From Escherichia phage AV101, in sequence record OQ973471.1: a DNA stretch of 64,000 bases; one strand, written 5' to 3'. The position numbers and the translations under genes were made by a program. The notes below the pieces were generated by a model. That model was not told the origin of the DNA, did not search any database, and saw only the letters and a list, made by a program, of their open reading frames with translations. Position 1 is the first letter of the stretch. The number at the start of each line of letters is the position of its first letter. Below are positions 36,822-47,411 of this stretch, in pieces.

Positions 36822-37432
36822 GGTAAGAGCAGCCCATCATCCCGCTCCGTTGGGGCGGGTTTAATCTCCTTCCGCATCTGTTCCTTCAGCACCCTGACAC
36901 GTTCGGCATGTCGGCGATCTTGCATCTCCATATCCCGTTTCTTTTTCGACTTCAATTCGAACTGTTTACGAACATCCGGATCTTCACCTGGAACAAGATG
37001 CTCTTCAGTCCAGATAATGAACTTCCAGTTCTTCTTGGCACACAGTTCGCGGGTGGCCTCCCACTTGGCAGAATTGACCAACCAGGTTCGCATCGCATTG
37101 TTGAATGTCGACTCCTTCATGTTCGGAGTCTTCTTCGGCTGCTTGATCTGGTCTTTGGGCTTGATCTCAATGAGGGTGACCTGTAGTTCCTCTTGCCCTT
37201 CACGGCGCGTCCAGACCTTGAGGTCCATGAAGTAACGATGGGTGCGCCCGTCGACTGGGGAAATGTAAGGGATTACGGTCTCCTCACTAGACCACTTCAC
37301 TATCGCGGAGTTCATATCACAGAACTTGAAAGCCACCAACTCCAGCGAAGAGCGGAAGATGATGTTGTTCACATTCCCCTGATACTTCTTGGGATTAACC
37401 GGGGTGTACTTCCCCTGAAGATAGTTGCTCAT
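36818..37432 (-). CDS. Putative endonuclease-like protein (TnsA-N/restriction-fold-like)
   Basis: Lone minus-strand gene in a plus-strand block; pattern RSSLE...W..E...PY...Y..D...E.K resembles TnsA-N-type nucleases. Weak, by eye. Confidence 0.3.
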   Translation of the reverse strand: MSNYLQGKYTPVNPKKYQGNVNNIIFRSSLELVAFKFCDMNSAIVKWSSEETVIPYISPVDGRTHRYFMDLKVWTRREGQEELQVTLIEIKPKDQIKQPKKTPNMKESTFNNAMRTWLVNSAKWEATRELCAKKNWKFIIWTEEHLVPGEDPDVRKQFELKSKKKRDMEMQDRRHAERVRVLKEQMRKEIKPAPTERDDGLLLP

Positions 37433-37482
37433 AATCTAGTCCTAAATAGCCATAACACTCTATCTATTTAAGGGCTGAGACC

Positions 37483-38451
37483 ATGGCCGACTTCAAGAAG
37501 ACAATCGATAAGATCAAGGTTCTGAACACGAAGGGATTGTCCCAGGCTCAGAAGCAATTGTCTTATCCCCTGGACGTTACTGGGGGTAAAACCTTGGGAC
37601 ACTATGTCCTATTCAACATCAACCGCATCTCCGGTTCATCTTATGGCAACACGGCTACTCAGACTATCGAGAACCCAATACAGAACCCTCTGGGGAATAC
37701 TCCTGTGGTCTATGGGTCCAAGTCTGGTTCCATCACCAAATATGCATGGGCGCGTCACGTTCGTTCAAACGAATCTATTGTTCTGTGTATGCCGGAGTCC
37801 ATTACAACCAACTATGGCGTTGGCTGGAACGGTAGCGAGCTGGGGCTGGCTGGTATGGGGGCACAGTTCCTTTCCCGCGCCGCCCAAGACATGACTCAGT
37901 TTAAACTGGGTGATGCGCTCAACGTCGGGAAGGAGATGGGGCGATTCGCTGCCACCAAGGCTATCCAATCTGCGTCGGAGGCTATTCCATTCCTGCCGAG
38001 CATTAACGCCCATGACACCCTTGAGTTGTTCACAGGCACCATGACCAACCCATATGTGGAGATGATCTTCCAGGGTGTACGCAACCGTGAGATTCCATTT
38101 ACATTCAAATTCACGCCGCGATCTCAGAAGGAAGCCAAGATGGTCCGTGAGATCATCCGCATGTTCAAGATGCACATGTACCCAGAGTACAAGTACAACA
38201 AGAACTCCAGTGCCTTCTATCTGCATCCATCGACCTTTGATATCACGTTCATGGTCAATGGTGAGCGTAACCAATGGCTCCACCGCATCTCCACCTGCGT
38301 GCTGTCCAACATGTTCGTCAACGAAACGCCGGACAGTTCATATGCAGTACACAAGGATGATGGGATCGTGTCTACACAGGTTGACATGACCTTCATCGAA
38401 CTGGAGCCTCTGCATAAAGGGCGCTTTGAAACCGAAGGCGATAGCTTCTAA
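37483..38451 (+). CDS. Putative virion structural (baseplate/tail) protein
   Basis: 322-aa ORF at the head of a block that ends in a tape-measure-like gene; no specific motif. Confidence 0.3.
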   Translation: MADFKKTIDKIKVLNTKGLSQAQKQLSYPLDVTGGKTLGHYVLFNINRISGSSYGNTATQTIENPIQNPLGNTPVVYGSKSGSITKYAWARHVRSNESIVLCMPESITTNYGVGWNGSELGLAGMGAQFLSRAAQDMTQFKLGDALNVGKEMGRFAATKAIQSASEAIPFLPSINAHDTLELFTGTMTNPYVEMIFQGVRNREIPFTFKFTPRSQKEAKMVREIIRMFKMHMYPEYKYNKNSSAFYLHPSTFDITFMVNGERNQWLHRISTCVLSNMFVNETPDSSYAVHKDDGIVSTQVDMTFIELEPLHKGRFETEGDSF

Positions 38452-38462
38452 GAGAGGATGCC

Positions 38463-39017
38463 ATGAAATATTTTGAGAAGTTTCCACTTGTTTGGCATCA
38501 ATTGCAAGATGTCCAAGAGAATGATCAGGTGCTGTTACAGAACTTAACGCGCCGGGTGATGATCTTACAGAAAATTAAGGACATCGAAGGGCTTCTCCTG
38601 CCGTATACGATCCAAGAGGGGGAAACCCCAAGGTCTTTTGCAGAACGCGTTTACGGATCCTTCGAGTTGTTTTGGATACCTTGTCTGATAAATGGCATCA
38701 TGGACATCAATAAGGACTGGCCGAAACCGGAACGCCGTATTATTGAAGAACTGACTGCAGATTATGGCATCGATGGTATGTGGGATACAGCCTATTATGT
38801 CGACCAGTTCAACAATGTGACCGACGCCCGTGCTATCAAATTTGCATATAACCTAGACCTGGATGAGCCGTCCATAATTGCTAACTATGGTCTGACGGCA
38901 GTTTCATACCATGATGATGCAATCAGTAAGAATGAAGCCAAACGGAACATCCAAGTACTCGACCCAGATTATGTGTCTTCGTTTGTCAATCAGCTGGAGC
39001 AGGAGTTGGCGAAATGA
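38463..39017 (+). CDS. Hypothetical protein (structural block)
   Basis: 184-aa ORF. Confidence 0.4.
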   Translation: MKYFEKFPLVWHQLQDVQENDQVLLQNLTRRVMILQKIKDIEGLLLPYTIQEGETPRSFAERVYGSFELFWIPCLINGIMDINKDWPKPERRIIEELTADYGIDGMWDTAYYVDQFNNVTDARAIKFAYNLDLDEPSIIANYGLTAVSYHDDAISKNEAKRNIQVLDPDYVSSFVNQLEQELAK

Positions 39018-40402
39018 TCGAAAACAGAGAGACCCAAGACGGTATTGTAACACCGTCAACAACATTTGACCTGAAGTATATGGCGATCCTCCCTCATACG
39101 CCCCAGGGTGGATCACCAACGCCATATGACCTGACGGCGTTGTTTGAGGAGTTCAACGTCTTCCAGGATCTGGGTCTTGAAGGGAAGTCATCTCCATCAC
39201 TTACAGCCAATGTCTTGATAAAAGAGGGGTGGGACATTCTTGACACAATGCCTATCTTGGGTGGTGAAGAAGTTGTGGTGTCATTCAAGAGTCCGGCAGC
39301 CTCGGAATACACCACTCTCTCCCTGCGCGTAGCGCGTGTTGGGCGCGTAGCTGATGAGTCCAACAGCTCGTCCAAGAAAGCATTCTGGTTGCACATGGTG
39401 ACCACCGATGCCTATAAGGACAGCATGATCCGATGCTCCCTCGGTCTTGACGGTTCGTATTCTGACATGGCGAAGACAATCTTCAATCAGCTGGAGTCGC
39501 GCACCAAGTTCGAAGACATCGACCCGTCGTATGGAATTCAAGAGCGGTTCGCCACCCCGCTCTGGCCTGTGCTGCGATCTATTGATTATATGGCGAGCCG
39601 TTCTTATGACGAATTGTTCATGCCATTCGTGTTCTATGAAGACTTCAATGGCTATCACTTCAAGAGCCTGACGACGTTGTTCAACCAGGGCAGCCAGTCA
39701 TTGACAGCAGAAGAGAAGCAGGAACTAGCTCAGCAGAACAAGTTGTTCCGTGATCCTCAGGACGCGCCGCTCATGCAGGATAACAACTTCAACTCTGAGC
39801 GCTTTATGCGCACGATCATCAAGGCAGAGAAGAAGCTGGCGCGTGACCAGTTCATGGCAAACTACCGCGATGTCCTGGCGGTGAACGAGCGCGTCTACGA
39901 CTTTGAGACCAAGACAGTCACCCCAACACAGCGCGTCTACACTGAGTGGTTTGCAGAGACGGCTCACCTTGATCCGTTCCCGATGTTCTCAGATGAATTC
40001 AATCGTCAGAACGTCCGTTACATTGAAGCCCAGCCGGATGGAGCGGAGCAGATTGATTATGCTCGTCGTGTTATCAACTTCAGTCTTGCCAGCACTGTGA
40101 TGCGCGTGTTGCTCGTTGGTGATAACCGCCTGAACGTCGGTCAGGTGTTCTACGTTGAAGACCAGTCCAACCGTCCTAAGAAGAACGAAAACCTGGCAGA
40201 GTTAAGTAAGCTATCGACAGGCCACTATATCGTGACCAAAGTGCGTCACAAGATTTCCCGCCTGACCAAAGATTATCAGTGCATCGCTGAGATTGCCAAG
40301 GACAGTTTGCTGGAGCAGGTGCTTCCACCTCAGACCAATCAGACAACTGCTTCCACCACTACTCCTCAGGCGATTGAGAAAGGCCAAGCACAGAAGGTTT
40401 AA
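39014..40402 (+). CDS. Hypothetical protein (possibly baseplate hub-associated)
   Basis: 462-aa ORF directly upstream of the tape-measure-like gene. Confidence 0.35.
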   Translation: MIENRETQDGIVTPSTTFDLKYMAILPHTPQGGSPTPYDLTALFEEFNVFQDLGLEGKSSPSLTANVLIKEGWDILDTMPILGGEEVVVSFKSPAASEYTTLSLRVARVGRVADESNSSSKKAFWLHMVTTDAYKDSMIRCSLGLDGSYSDMAKTIFNQLESRTKFEDIDPSYGIQERFATPLWPVLRSIDYMASRSYDELFMPFVFYEDFNGYHFKSLTTLFNQGSQSLTAEEKQELAQQNKLFRDPQDAPLMQDNNFNSERFMRTIIKAEKKLARDQFMANYRDVLAVNERVYDFETKTVTPTQRVYTEWFAETAHLDPFPMFSDEFNRQNVRYIEAQPDGAEQIDYARRVINFSLASTVMRVLLVGDNRLNVGQVFYVEDQSNRPKKNENLAELSKLSTGHYIVTKVRHKISRLTKDYQCIAEIAKDSLLEQVLPPQTNQTTASTTTPQAIEKGQAQKV

Positions 40403-40413
40403 CGAGGTGACCC

Positions 40414-42360
40414 ATGGCACAGGAAGCAACGAACAATGATGTTGTCAAAGTTCTAGACAAGATCAAGGCGGAGATGATGCAGCGCAAACAACTCCGTGCT
40501 CAGAATGAAACCAACAGACAGCTTGACCGGATGAACAAGAATCTGGCCAAGCTGGAATCTGCCACTAAACAGGGCACCAAGGCCGAGTCCAAGCCATTTG
40601 AAATCCGTATCCCGACAGTCAATGAGATCGTCATGGGATTCGCTCGCATGTCTCCGATCTTCACCCGCGACTTCAGCGTATGGATGAAGGATACTGTCGA
40701 TGTGGGTAACGAAGGCAATCGGGAACTGGAGAATATCGCAGGCAAGATTGACCGCCTCGGTGAGATCACCCGCATGCCAACAGATGACACGTCCCTGGAG
40801 TATCTTAACCTGATCTCAGACCAGCTGAAGTCTGCCAATGATGACACCCTCAAGCGCATGGACGAGCAGAGCGTGTCTCTGGTCCGCGTAGGATCATTCT
40901 TGAACATGATCGACGGAGTGATGATCGAGGTTCGTGACGATGTTGCTGAACTGAAAAAGAACTCCGATGACAACCTTACTCGCTTGTCTAGCATTGAAAA
41001 CAAGATTGGGCGCACGGGCGGTCATATCGTTGGAGTTCTGACACGCATCTTTGATGAAGACCAGAAGTGGCGTGAGAAGGACGAGATGCGCCGTGGGGAA
41101 ACCGACAAAGAAACGGGTGGTCACCCTCAGGCGGGTTCTGTTATACCCAAAGACGATGACCAGAAAGACGATTCCTCCGGTATCGGGGCTGCTGTGGCGG
41201 CCATGCTTGGCCTGAATGCACTGAAGGGCTTCTTGCTCAAGCCGTTCAAGATCATCGGTGGTGTTGTCGGGACTTTCCTCGGCATGTTCTCCAAGCTGGG
41301 AGAAGGTATCACCAAACTTCTGGGTCCATTTGGGAAGGTGTTCAAGTTCCTGAAAGTCGGCCCACTGGCTCTCCTGTCTATGATCTGGGACTTCGGTAAA
41401 GGCTTCATTGATGCGAAGGAGATCCTGGGTAAAGGTGCTGTCACGATAGTTGACCGAGTACGGGCGGGGATATCAGAACTGGTTGGTGGATTTGGTGATC
41501 TATTTGACTGGGTGTCCAAGATCTTTGGCTTTGATACCAAGGCGGGAGAAACCCTGCGCAAATACACCCTCATGATCACTGAGGCTCCCGCTCGTTGGCT
41601 GAATGGTATTATCGACTGGATTAGCAACGACTTGTTTGCAGGGATCGGGAGAGACACGTCTCTTACGGATATCCCTGGCAAGTTAGCAGACAACCTACAG
41701 TCCGAGTTGATGAAGCTGGTAGACTGGATCACAGGGGGTATCAGTAGTGTGATCGACGAGGGCATGGGTGTGGCCAACAAGGTTATTGACGAAATCAAGA
41801 AGGGATTTGCCGAAAATGTGAAGAAACCTTTCTTCAACATGCTGAACACAATCACCAATGCGATGTTCGATATCGTTGACAAGTTCGTCAGCATCATCCC
41901 TGACGCTCTGGGTGGACAGGCTGCGAAGCAGAAGATGGATGAGGCTCGCCAGTCTATGCTGATTGACACTGATGAGAATCCGTCTCCTAATGTGACAGAG
42001 ACCCAGCAGCCACAGACGCCAGCACAACCGAACGTTGATCCACAAACGCTGACTCCAATACCTTCTGGTGTGTCTTCAGATTACAAGAATATGACTAATG
42101 ACCGCACCTCTCAGCTGAAAGCCGCGTATGGTTCTATCGGGGGTGGTACTCTGGGCGGGGCCATGCCATCACAAGGGAGGGCGCTGTCTAATATCGAGCA
42201 AGTACAAGGCGGCTATTCACCGCCTCCAGCCAGCGTCGTGATGCCAGTACAGCAGAATGTGGATGCTTCTAAGAGGATCAACACGACCAATAACTTCAAC
42301 AGCTCATCTCTTGAGCCTGAGAACAAAACAGATAATTCCCGCATCCTGTGGGAATGGTAA
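40414..42360 (+). CDS. Tape-measure/baseplate-hub-like protein (putative)
   Basis: Coiled-coil-like N-terminus, Gly-rich hydrophobic central segment (GIGAAVAAMLGLNALKGF...GGVVGTFLGMF), 648 aa. Confidence 0.35.
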   Translation: MAQEATNNDVVKVLDKIKAEMMQRKQLRAQNETNRQLDRMNKNLAKLESATKQGTKAESKPFEIRIPTVNEIVMGFARMSPIFTRDFSVWMKDTVDVGNEGNRELENIAGKIDRLGEITRMPTDDTSLEYLNLISDQLKSANDDTLKRMDEQSVSLVRVGSFLNMIDGVMIEVRDDVAELKKNSDDNLTRLSSIENKIGRTGGHIVGVLTRIFDEDQKWREKDEMRRGETDKETGGHPQAGSVIPKDDDQKDDSSGIGAAVAAMLGLNALKGFLLKPFKIIGGVVGTFLGMFSKLGEGITKLLGPFGKVFKFLKVGPLALLSMIWDFGKGFIDAKEILGKGAVTIVDRVRAGISELVGGFGDLFDWVSKIFGFDTKAGETLRKYTLMITEAPARWLNGIIDWISNDLFAGIGRDTSLTDIPGKLADNLQSELMKLVDWITGGISSVIDEGMGVANKVIDEIKKGFAENVKKPFFNMLNTITNAMFDIVDKFVSIIPDALGGQAAKQKMDEARQSMLIDTDENPSPNVTETQQPQTPAQPNVDPQTLTPIPSGVSSDYKNMTNDRTSQLKAAYGSIGGGTLGGAMPSQGRALSNIEQVQGGYSPPPASVVMPVQQNVDASKRINTTNNFNSSSLEPENKTDNSRILWEW

Positions 42361-43020
42361 TCAGATTCCGTGGGCTTGTATTAGCTCACGGAGTCTCTGT
42401 TTTGAATATGTGGTATCCTCATCCGGAACCACAGCATTCGTCTTCCTGAGCAAGAACGCCTCTGAGTTCCAGTAGATGTCATCACGCAGAATCGTATCAT
42501 ATAGATGAATGAAACCAACGATCTTGTTCAGACCGACAAGGAACCAAATCGGGAACTTCTTGATGATGATGTCTGTCAGCAACGGTGGATGGCCTGTACC
42601 CGTCCCCTTGATGTACTCAATGAAGGTGCAGTTGCGCTCCCTTATGGCAGGGATCATCGCCCGCTCGAACTCCTCAAGGAAGTTATATGTGAAGTTCTCG
42701 TACAGCTTACGGTATTCATCATAATTGGCCTGAGCCTGGCGTGTAAGTAATGTCGTCACCCAGGTCTTGGGTGATTTGATGAAGTTGGCAATGATGTAGT
42801 TCTCTACCACTTCACCCTGTGATGACTCGAACCGACGGGCAAGGCGAGCAAACTGTTTGCACACGGCCTCCTTCGCCAAGAACGTCTCGAACTTGTAATT
42901 CATCGGTCCATACAAGCTGTAATCGAAGTCCTTAGTGGTGAAGTGCAGCTTGATCGCCATGAAGACACAGTAAACGTTGAACGCCCGCTCGAACTCCATC
43001 TTCTGCCACTCTGTTAGCAT
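42361..43020 (-). CDS. Hypothetical protein; weak resemblance to a helicase-loader (gp59-like) N-terminus
   Basis: VYCVFMAIKLHFTTKDFDYSLYGPMNYKFETFLAK loosely resembles what I recall of the gp59 N-terminus; low certainty. Confidence 0.3.
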   Translation of the reverse strand: MLTEWQKMEFERAFNVYCVFMAIKLHFTTKDFDYSLYGPMNYKFETFLAKEAVCKQFARLARRFESSQGEVVENYIIANFIKSPKTWVTTLLTRQAQANYDEYRKLYENFTYNFLEEFERAMIPAIRERNCTFIEYIKGTGTGHPPLLTDIIIKKFPIWFLVGLNKIVGFIHLYDTILRDDIYWNSEAFLLRKTNAVVPDEDTTYSKQRLRELIQAHGI

Positions 43021-43268
43021 TTGCGTTCCTCTTCTTTAATAAATTGCAATAACTCTTCCATCAGCCCTTTCTTCTTGATGAACTGTAACACCAGGATGAA
43101 GCGACGGAAGGAGCGGGGGACAACACGATAACCCTTCGCCCAGTAGTTCACAACATTAGAACAATCCAATAAACGAGCCAGCCCAGATTGTGACACCCCG
43201 AGGCTCAGCAGAACCTTGTACATGTACTTCTTGTCATTTACCGGAAGCTCTTTCATTCTTAAACTCAT
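43014..43268 (-). CDS. Small helix-turn-helix DNA-binding protein
   Basis: LGVSQSGLARLLDCSNVVNYWAKG is helix-turn-helix-like. Confidence 0.4.
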   Translation of the reverse strand: MSLRMKELPVNDKKYMYKVLLSLGVSQSGLARLLDCSNVVNYWAKGYRVVPRSFRRFILVLQFIKKKGLMEELLQFIKEEERKC

Positions 43269-43491
43269 GATACTTGTCCGCTAATGTCTTGTAATATTTG
43301 TTAGGATTATACTCCTGTTTGGAATAGTGAAGAGTAAGGGAAGTACTCAGACCTAGGATAATCACGACAACGAGCGCCTTGTGGTTATTGATCTCGGGAA
43401 TAGCTATCCACACCAGCAACAACACGAGCGAGCTGATAATCAAGGACAGCAAGAACGTTAATGTAATCACCAATGCGAATAGCTCGTCCAT
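43234..43491 (-). CDS. Small membrane protein
   Basis: Two long hydrophobic helices. Confidence 0.35.
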   Translation of the reverse strand: MDELFALVITLTFLLSLIISSLVLLLVWIAIPEINNHKALVVVIILGLSTSLTLHYSKQEYNPNKYYKTLADKYHEFKNERASGK

Positions 43492-43495
43492 CAGA

Positions 43496-43729
43496 TCACA
43501 CCTCTTTGTGATTCTTCATCTTGCGGACAGTGCCCACAAACCCAAGATCCTTCCCGCAATGGGTGCAGATAGCATGGCAAGCACGGTTCTCACGATAGGT
43601 GCTGTGTTTGCAGCGCCATTGCTTGAACGCCGAACGGGCAACTGGGATCACGGCGATCAAGAAGACGATGCCGGATATCTGAAGTTCAACCAAGAACTTC
43701 GCCCACCAGAAACTTATGTACTCACCCAT
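43496..43729 (-). CDS. Small membrane protein with C-terminal CxxC
   Basis: Start placed at internal Met (MGEYISFWW...) to limit overlap with the ligase gene. Confidence 0.3.
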   Translation of the reverse strand: MGEYISFWWAKFLVELQISGIVFLIAVIPVARSAFKQWRCKHSTYRENRACHAICTHCGKDLGFVGTVRKMKNHKEV

Positions 43730-45152
43730 TACTCTTCTCCAACAGGAATGCGATGTTTTCGATATACGCTTTCTGTATCGCATAGACTTCATCCAGTGTG
43801 TTGGCCACTTTCTTGTCAATGCGGACTTCTACAAGGCGAGGTAGGAACAAAGACTTCATCGCATCATCTGTCTTATCCTGTACGCCATTGGAGAGCACTG
43901 CGGCGATCTTGCCAATGTAGTCGCCCTGGTTCTCCCACATATGGCGTCTCAGCTCATCTGAGATCCCTGATACACCAACAACAAGCAGGCCGTCGGAAGT
44001 TTTACAAATCAGTGAGCCAAAAGTCTTGGCGTGTTTACCCTTCTTGTCGGCCTCGTTAAAGCCCACGATTTCAAGGTCACACTCAACCTCCATCTTCAGC
44101 TTCAGACCTTCAGAAGAAGTACCATCTTCCCACGGCATGTCTGCGGCCTTACATATCGTGCCTTCTTCTTTGCGAGCCAGCGCGTCTTTGAAGTGGTCGA
44201 CGGCTTCGGCAAATGAGTGAACAACACGAGTTTCCTGAACCTGAACCAGACCGTCGTCTTCATCAAACAGTTGCTGGATGATATCGAAGCGGCGCTCATA
44301 CGGGGTGTCCACGCGCTGGGCGTTGAACCATTGTTCATATGGCACAACATCCCACACCCGGTAGATCACCCGATAACGATCTTCTAGGGGTTCTCCTGTC
44401 TGAATCACGCTGTTGAGTTTACCGTTACCGACAGCACGAGGCAGGATGGTATTCGACTTGAGGTCAACAACGAGAAGTTCACCATGGAACACACTCTCAC
44501 CAATCCCCGCATCGTAGATCAGGTCTTTGAACACCAGTGAAAGGTTATCAACCGAACCACCTGCGATAAGGGAACCGGAGCGAGAGCGAATCTCAGGCTC
44601 TTTATTGTAACGACAGATGATGTTGGCGAACATACCGTCTGACTTCAGCTGGCTGTAGACACCACGCTTGAAGTCCATCTTCTTCAGCAGGTCAATCGTC
44701 ATGTTGTCATAACGATGATATGGAAGGATGTTGATCAGGCGTCCAGTACCTCCGGCGGCGTTGAATGCAGCGTTGATGCCCTTCTCAGCGATACCCGCCT
44801 TGATATCACGGTCTAGGATCATCTGAATGAGTTCGTGGTATTGGGGATCCATCTTCAGGGCGACAGAGGCCAACAGGGCATCAGCCTTTTGGCCACCGAC
44901 AAGGCGCTGCGCCATCTGGTCGAGGACGTCATAGACTTCGCTGATGTCATCAGTCTTCTCACGGACGAGCATGCGAGGATACGCGCTGAGTTTCAACTCA
45001 GTCCGATAGAACGACATCATTGGGTCATAGACATACTGCAGGAAGTCTGCCAAGTCTGGGTTGTTCTTGAATGCTTCGGTCAGCACGGCTTTCTTCGCAT
45101 TGCTGCCTTTGGTTTCGCGAAGTCGGTGGACTGTTTCAAGGATAGGGATCAT
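43722..45152 (-). CDS. ATP-dependent DNA ligase (T4 gp30-like)
   Basis: Adenylation motif I KSDGMF, motif EGTICKA, 476 aa; GGAGA RBS. Confidence 0.8.
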   Translation of the reverse strand: MIPILETVHRLRETKGSNAKKAVLTEAFKNNPDLADFLQYVYDPMMSFYRTELKLSAYPRMLVREKTDDISEVYDVLDQMAQRLVGGQKADALLASVALKMDPQYHELIQMILDRDIKAGIAEKGINAAFNAAGGTGRLINILPYHRYDNMTIDLLKKMDFKRGVYSQLKSDGMFANIICRYNKEPEIRSRSGSLIAGGSVDNLSLVFKDLIYDAGIGESVFHGELLVVDLKSNTILPRAVGNGKLNSVIQTGEPLEDRYRVIYRVWDVVPYEQWFNAQRVDTPYERRFDIIQQLFDEDDGLVQVQETRVVHSFAEAVDHFKDALARKEEGTICKAADMPWEDGTSSEGLKLKMEVECDLEIVGFNEADKKGKHAKTFGSLICKTSDGLLVVGVSGISDELRRHMWENQGDYIGKIAAVLSNGVQDKTDDAMKSLFLPRLVEVRIDKKVANTLDEVYAIQKAYIENIAFLLEKSNG

Positions 45153-45265
45153 GTGGTGTCTCCAGGGTTATATGTGCTGCTATTATAACCCTGGGGACTT
45201 CAATAGATTATTGGCGGGTACGGGATCTTGCCTGGCCGATAATGAGGTCAGTGTGTAGTCCTCGG

Positions 45266-45607
45266 TTATTTCTTCGGGGGTTCAATTGAGGTGAAAGAAT
45301 CCTTCCAACTCTTGAATTTTTCAACCAGAGCTTCTTTACCCAGCTCGTCATTTGACACGCTGTGAATATAGGCGAATGCTCCATAGCCGGATCCTGACAT
45401 AGCCTTGCAGATGCGCAGACTGACCAAAGAATCTCCTACGGAAACAAGATAGTGGTCACGACGATTGTTCAGGGCATAATGGTTGTCGTGAAACTTGTCA
45501 ACAATAACACAGTTCTGAGGTTCGACGTCAATCGGTAGCCCGTTGGCTTCGGATCCGCCGCGCCCAAGTACGCAGCCTGGGAATAATGTTTCTACGAGTG
45601 TGGTCAT
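45266..45607 (-). CDS. Hypothetical protein
   Basis: 113 aa; promoter-like TTCATTAAA 11 nt TATAAT upstream on the minus strand. Confidence 0.4.
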   Translation of the reverse strand: MTTLVETLFPGCVLGRGGSEANGLPIDVEPQNCVIVDKFHDNHYALNNRRDHYLVSVGDSLVSLRICKAMSGSGYGAFAYIHSVSNDELGKEALVEKFKSWKDSFTSIEPPKK

Positions 45608-45859
45608 GGTATGTTCCTTCTGTAAGTTCCCATGTATTATATGGGTGAATCGTTTAATGAATTATTTGTTATGGAAACCCAGAGCCTTGTGGACTTCTTC
45701 ACGATTTTAATTTCGGCCTGAGCCTCTGTGTGATTATCCGGTGCTTGTGATGTCAGACGAGGACTTTGTAAACAGCATTGGCGTCAATGGCATCGATTAG
45801 ACAACGGATCTCAGCGCATCAGGGGCTTACCCAACAGCCAGTTGAAATACTTGCGCATG

Positions 45860-46072
45860 TCACTTCCTCATCAGTGAGAGCAGGTTGACCGTAGCCGGGC
45901 GCGCATCAGGGGCGTAGAAGACGTCCTGAGAGTGCCTCTTACAGCACGGGCAATCCTTCGTGGCGATTACACAGGGAGCCTTGTCCACGGCAAATCCAGC
46001 GGCTTCGGCTTCCTTCACAGTGGTGAACGGCAGGTAAGCACTTGTGCCCTGCCCTCCGCATGAACATTCCAT
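45860..46072 (-). CDS. Small Cys-rich protein
   Basis: MECSCGGQ...CPCCKRH; start at the ATG one codon inside the ORF-track start. Confidence 0.35.
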   Translation of the reverse strand: MECSCGGQGTSAYLPFTTVKEAEAAGFAVDKAPCVIATKDCPCCKRHSQDVFYAPDARPATVNLLSLMRK

Positions 46073-46184
46073 CAACGTTTCCTCTTAAAGGGGATGACCA
46101 GGGCTATGATGAGAAGCATAGCTGTAATCATCCCACATGCTATCAGACCGAAGGCGAACGACTTCAGAACAAACTCAATCAAAT

Positions 46185-47411
46185 TCATAATTTCCTCAAT
46201 TTGGCTCTGGTGACCTGAGTTTGTTTAACGCCGTTGTACTCAGTCAGTTCTTTGACACGACCACGGATGATCATATCGCCCTGCAAGAACTCTGTATCCA
46301 TATAAGAGGTCTTCCAGGTAATTGTATTACCTTCTGCTGTTTTGAAAGTAAACAGGTAGCTATCACCATATTCATTGGAGAAGAGGAAGGTGCGCTTGTC
46401 GAACCTGACTTGCACTTCCAGCATTTCACCGACTTCACCCACCCATTTGTTCTCCGCCTTGCGGTCAGCACGAGGACGATGGATGTAATCGTAATACTTC
46501 TTGGCACCCCAGCGGACTGTGTTGTTATCCTTGATGAGGTGATAACCGGGTTCACACATGCGTTTCAGGCGAACATTGAACTCATTAGATTCGGACAGCG
46601 CACTGATGAAAAGCTTCATATGGTACATTTCCGACTCGGCGTCTTCACAGTATTCGTGTGCCTTGTTTACGAAATACTCTTCATCGGAACCTGCTTTTGG
46701 TTTCTGATGAGACCGGACATAGCCCAGTACTTTGTCAAACAGTTCAGACTTGATATCCACGCCTGCCAGCATCACCTGGAAGCATGCACGCAGGAAACTG
46801 TGGGTGTCAGTGAAGCGCTCATTTTGGACGCGATATATACCCTCTGGGTCGTCCTCGTCTGGCATGAAGAACTCTTGGATTTCCAGATAGTAAGACATAA
46901 TCGCGTCAAGCGATTTCTGATGAGGTACATAATGATGCATACAGGTGCTACCAATCAGCATCTGGGCATGCGTTTCCTCATTTTCAATCACATACGTGTT
47001 CTTGCGACGGATGACTAGATTGCAATGCTGACACCAAGAGACGTTCTCTGTCTCGAAGCGACGGATGAATTCTGGGTTGATGTTGTCAACCAGTTTGTTC
47101 AGAATGACCTTTGGATATTCATGATTGAACTGACCGATGATCTTCCAGCCACCATAAGAGACGGGGCGGTCAATGCCTTCGCCTTCGAGAGTAACAGGTT
47201 TCCACCAGTGAGTAAGGATCTCACCAGTGAAGTCGCGGGTGTGGGTTTTGAAGGGTTCACCATAAGTCACAGTCGGAAACGGAACACCCAACCTTTCGGC
47301 AGTGCGCTCGAGCTTCTTCAGTCGCTCAACTACCAACCCTTCATTGTCGATCGGAATATTGAATGTTTTGACGTTCATTTCCAGCCTCATGATGTAGTTG
47401 TAACTCTTCAA
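46185..47411 (-). CDS. Hypothetical protein
   Basis: 408-aa ORF near the helicase gene; no TOPRIM or ligase motif found, so not called a primase. Confidence 0.45.
   Translation of the reverse strand: MKSYNYIMRLEMNVKTFNIPIDNEGLVVERLKKLERTAERLGVPFPTVTYGEPFKTHTRDFTGEILTHWWKPVTLEGEGIDRPVSYGGWKIIGQFNHEYPKVILNKLVDNINPEFIRRFETENVSWCQHCNLVIRRKNTYVIENEETHAQMLIGSTCMHHYVPHQKSLDAIMSYYLEIQEFFMPDEDDPEGIYRVQNERFTDTHSFLRACFQVMLAGVDIKSELFDKVLGYVRSHQKPKAGSDEEYFVNKAHEYCEDAESEMYHMKLFISALSESNEFNVRLKRMCEPGYHLIKDNNTVRWGAKKYYDYIHRPRADRKAENKWVGEVGEMLEVQVRFDKRTFLFSNEYGDSYLFTFKTAEGNTITWKTSYMDTEFLQGDMIIRGRVKELTEYNGVKQTQVTRAKLRKL

Noticed and set aside
41127-41969. 280-aa minus-strand ORF inside the tape-measure-like gene
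   Set aside because: Antisense to a well-supported plus-strand ORF; low-complexity Ser/Pro-rich translation.
45814-45913. 13-bp direct repeat GCGCATCAGGGGC at 45814-45826 and 45901-45913
   Set aside because: The second copy lies inside the coding region of the small Cys-rich gene; two copies of a 13-mer are not enough to infer a regulatory function.
46072-46188. 38-aa hydrophobic micro-ORF on the minus strand (MNLIEFVLKSFAFGLIACGMITAMLLIIALVIPFKRKR)
   Set aside because: Plausible membrane peptide, but too short to call from composition alone; no clear ribosome-binding site was found.
46185-47411. Possible DNA primase (gp61-like) near the helicase gene
   Set aside because: There is no TOPRIM motif (E...DxD) and no paired zinc-ribbon cysteines, so position alone does not support a primase call.
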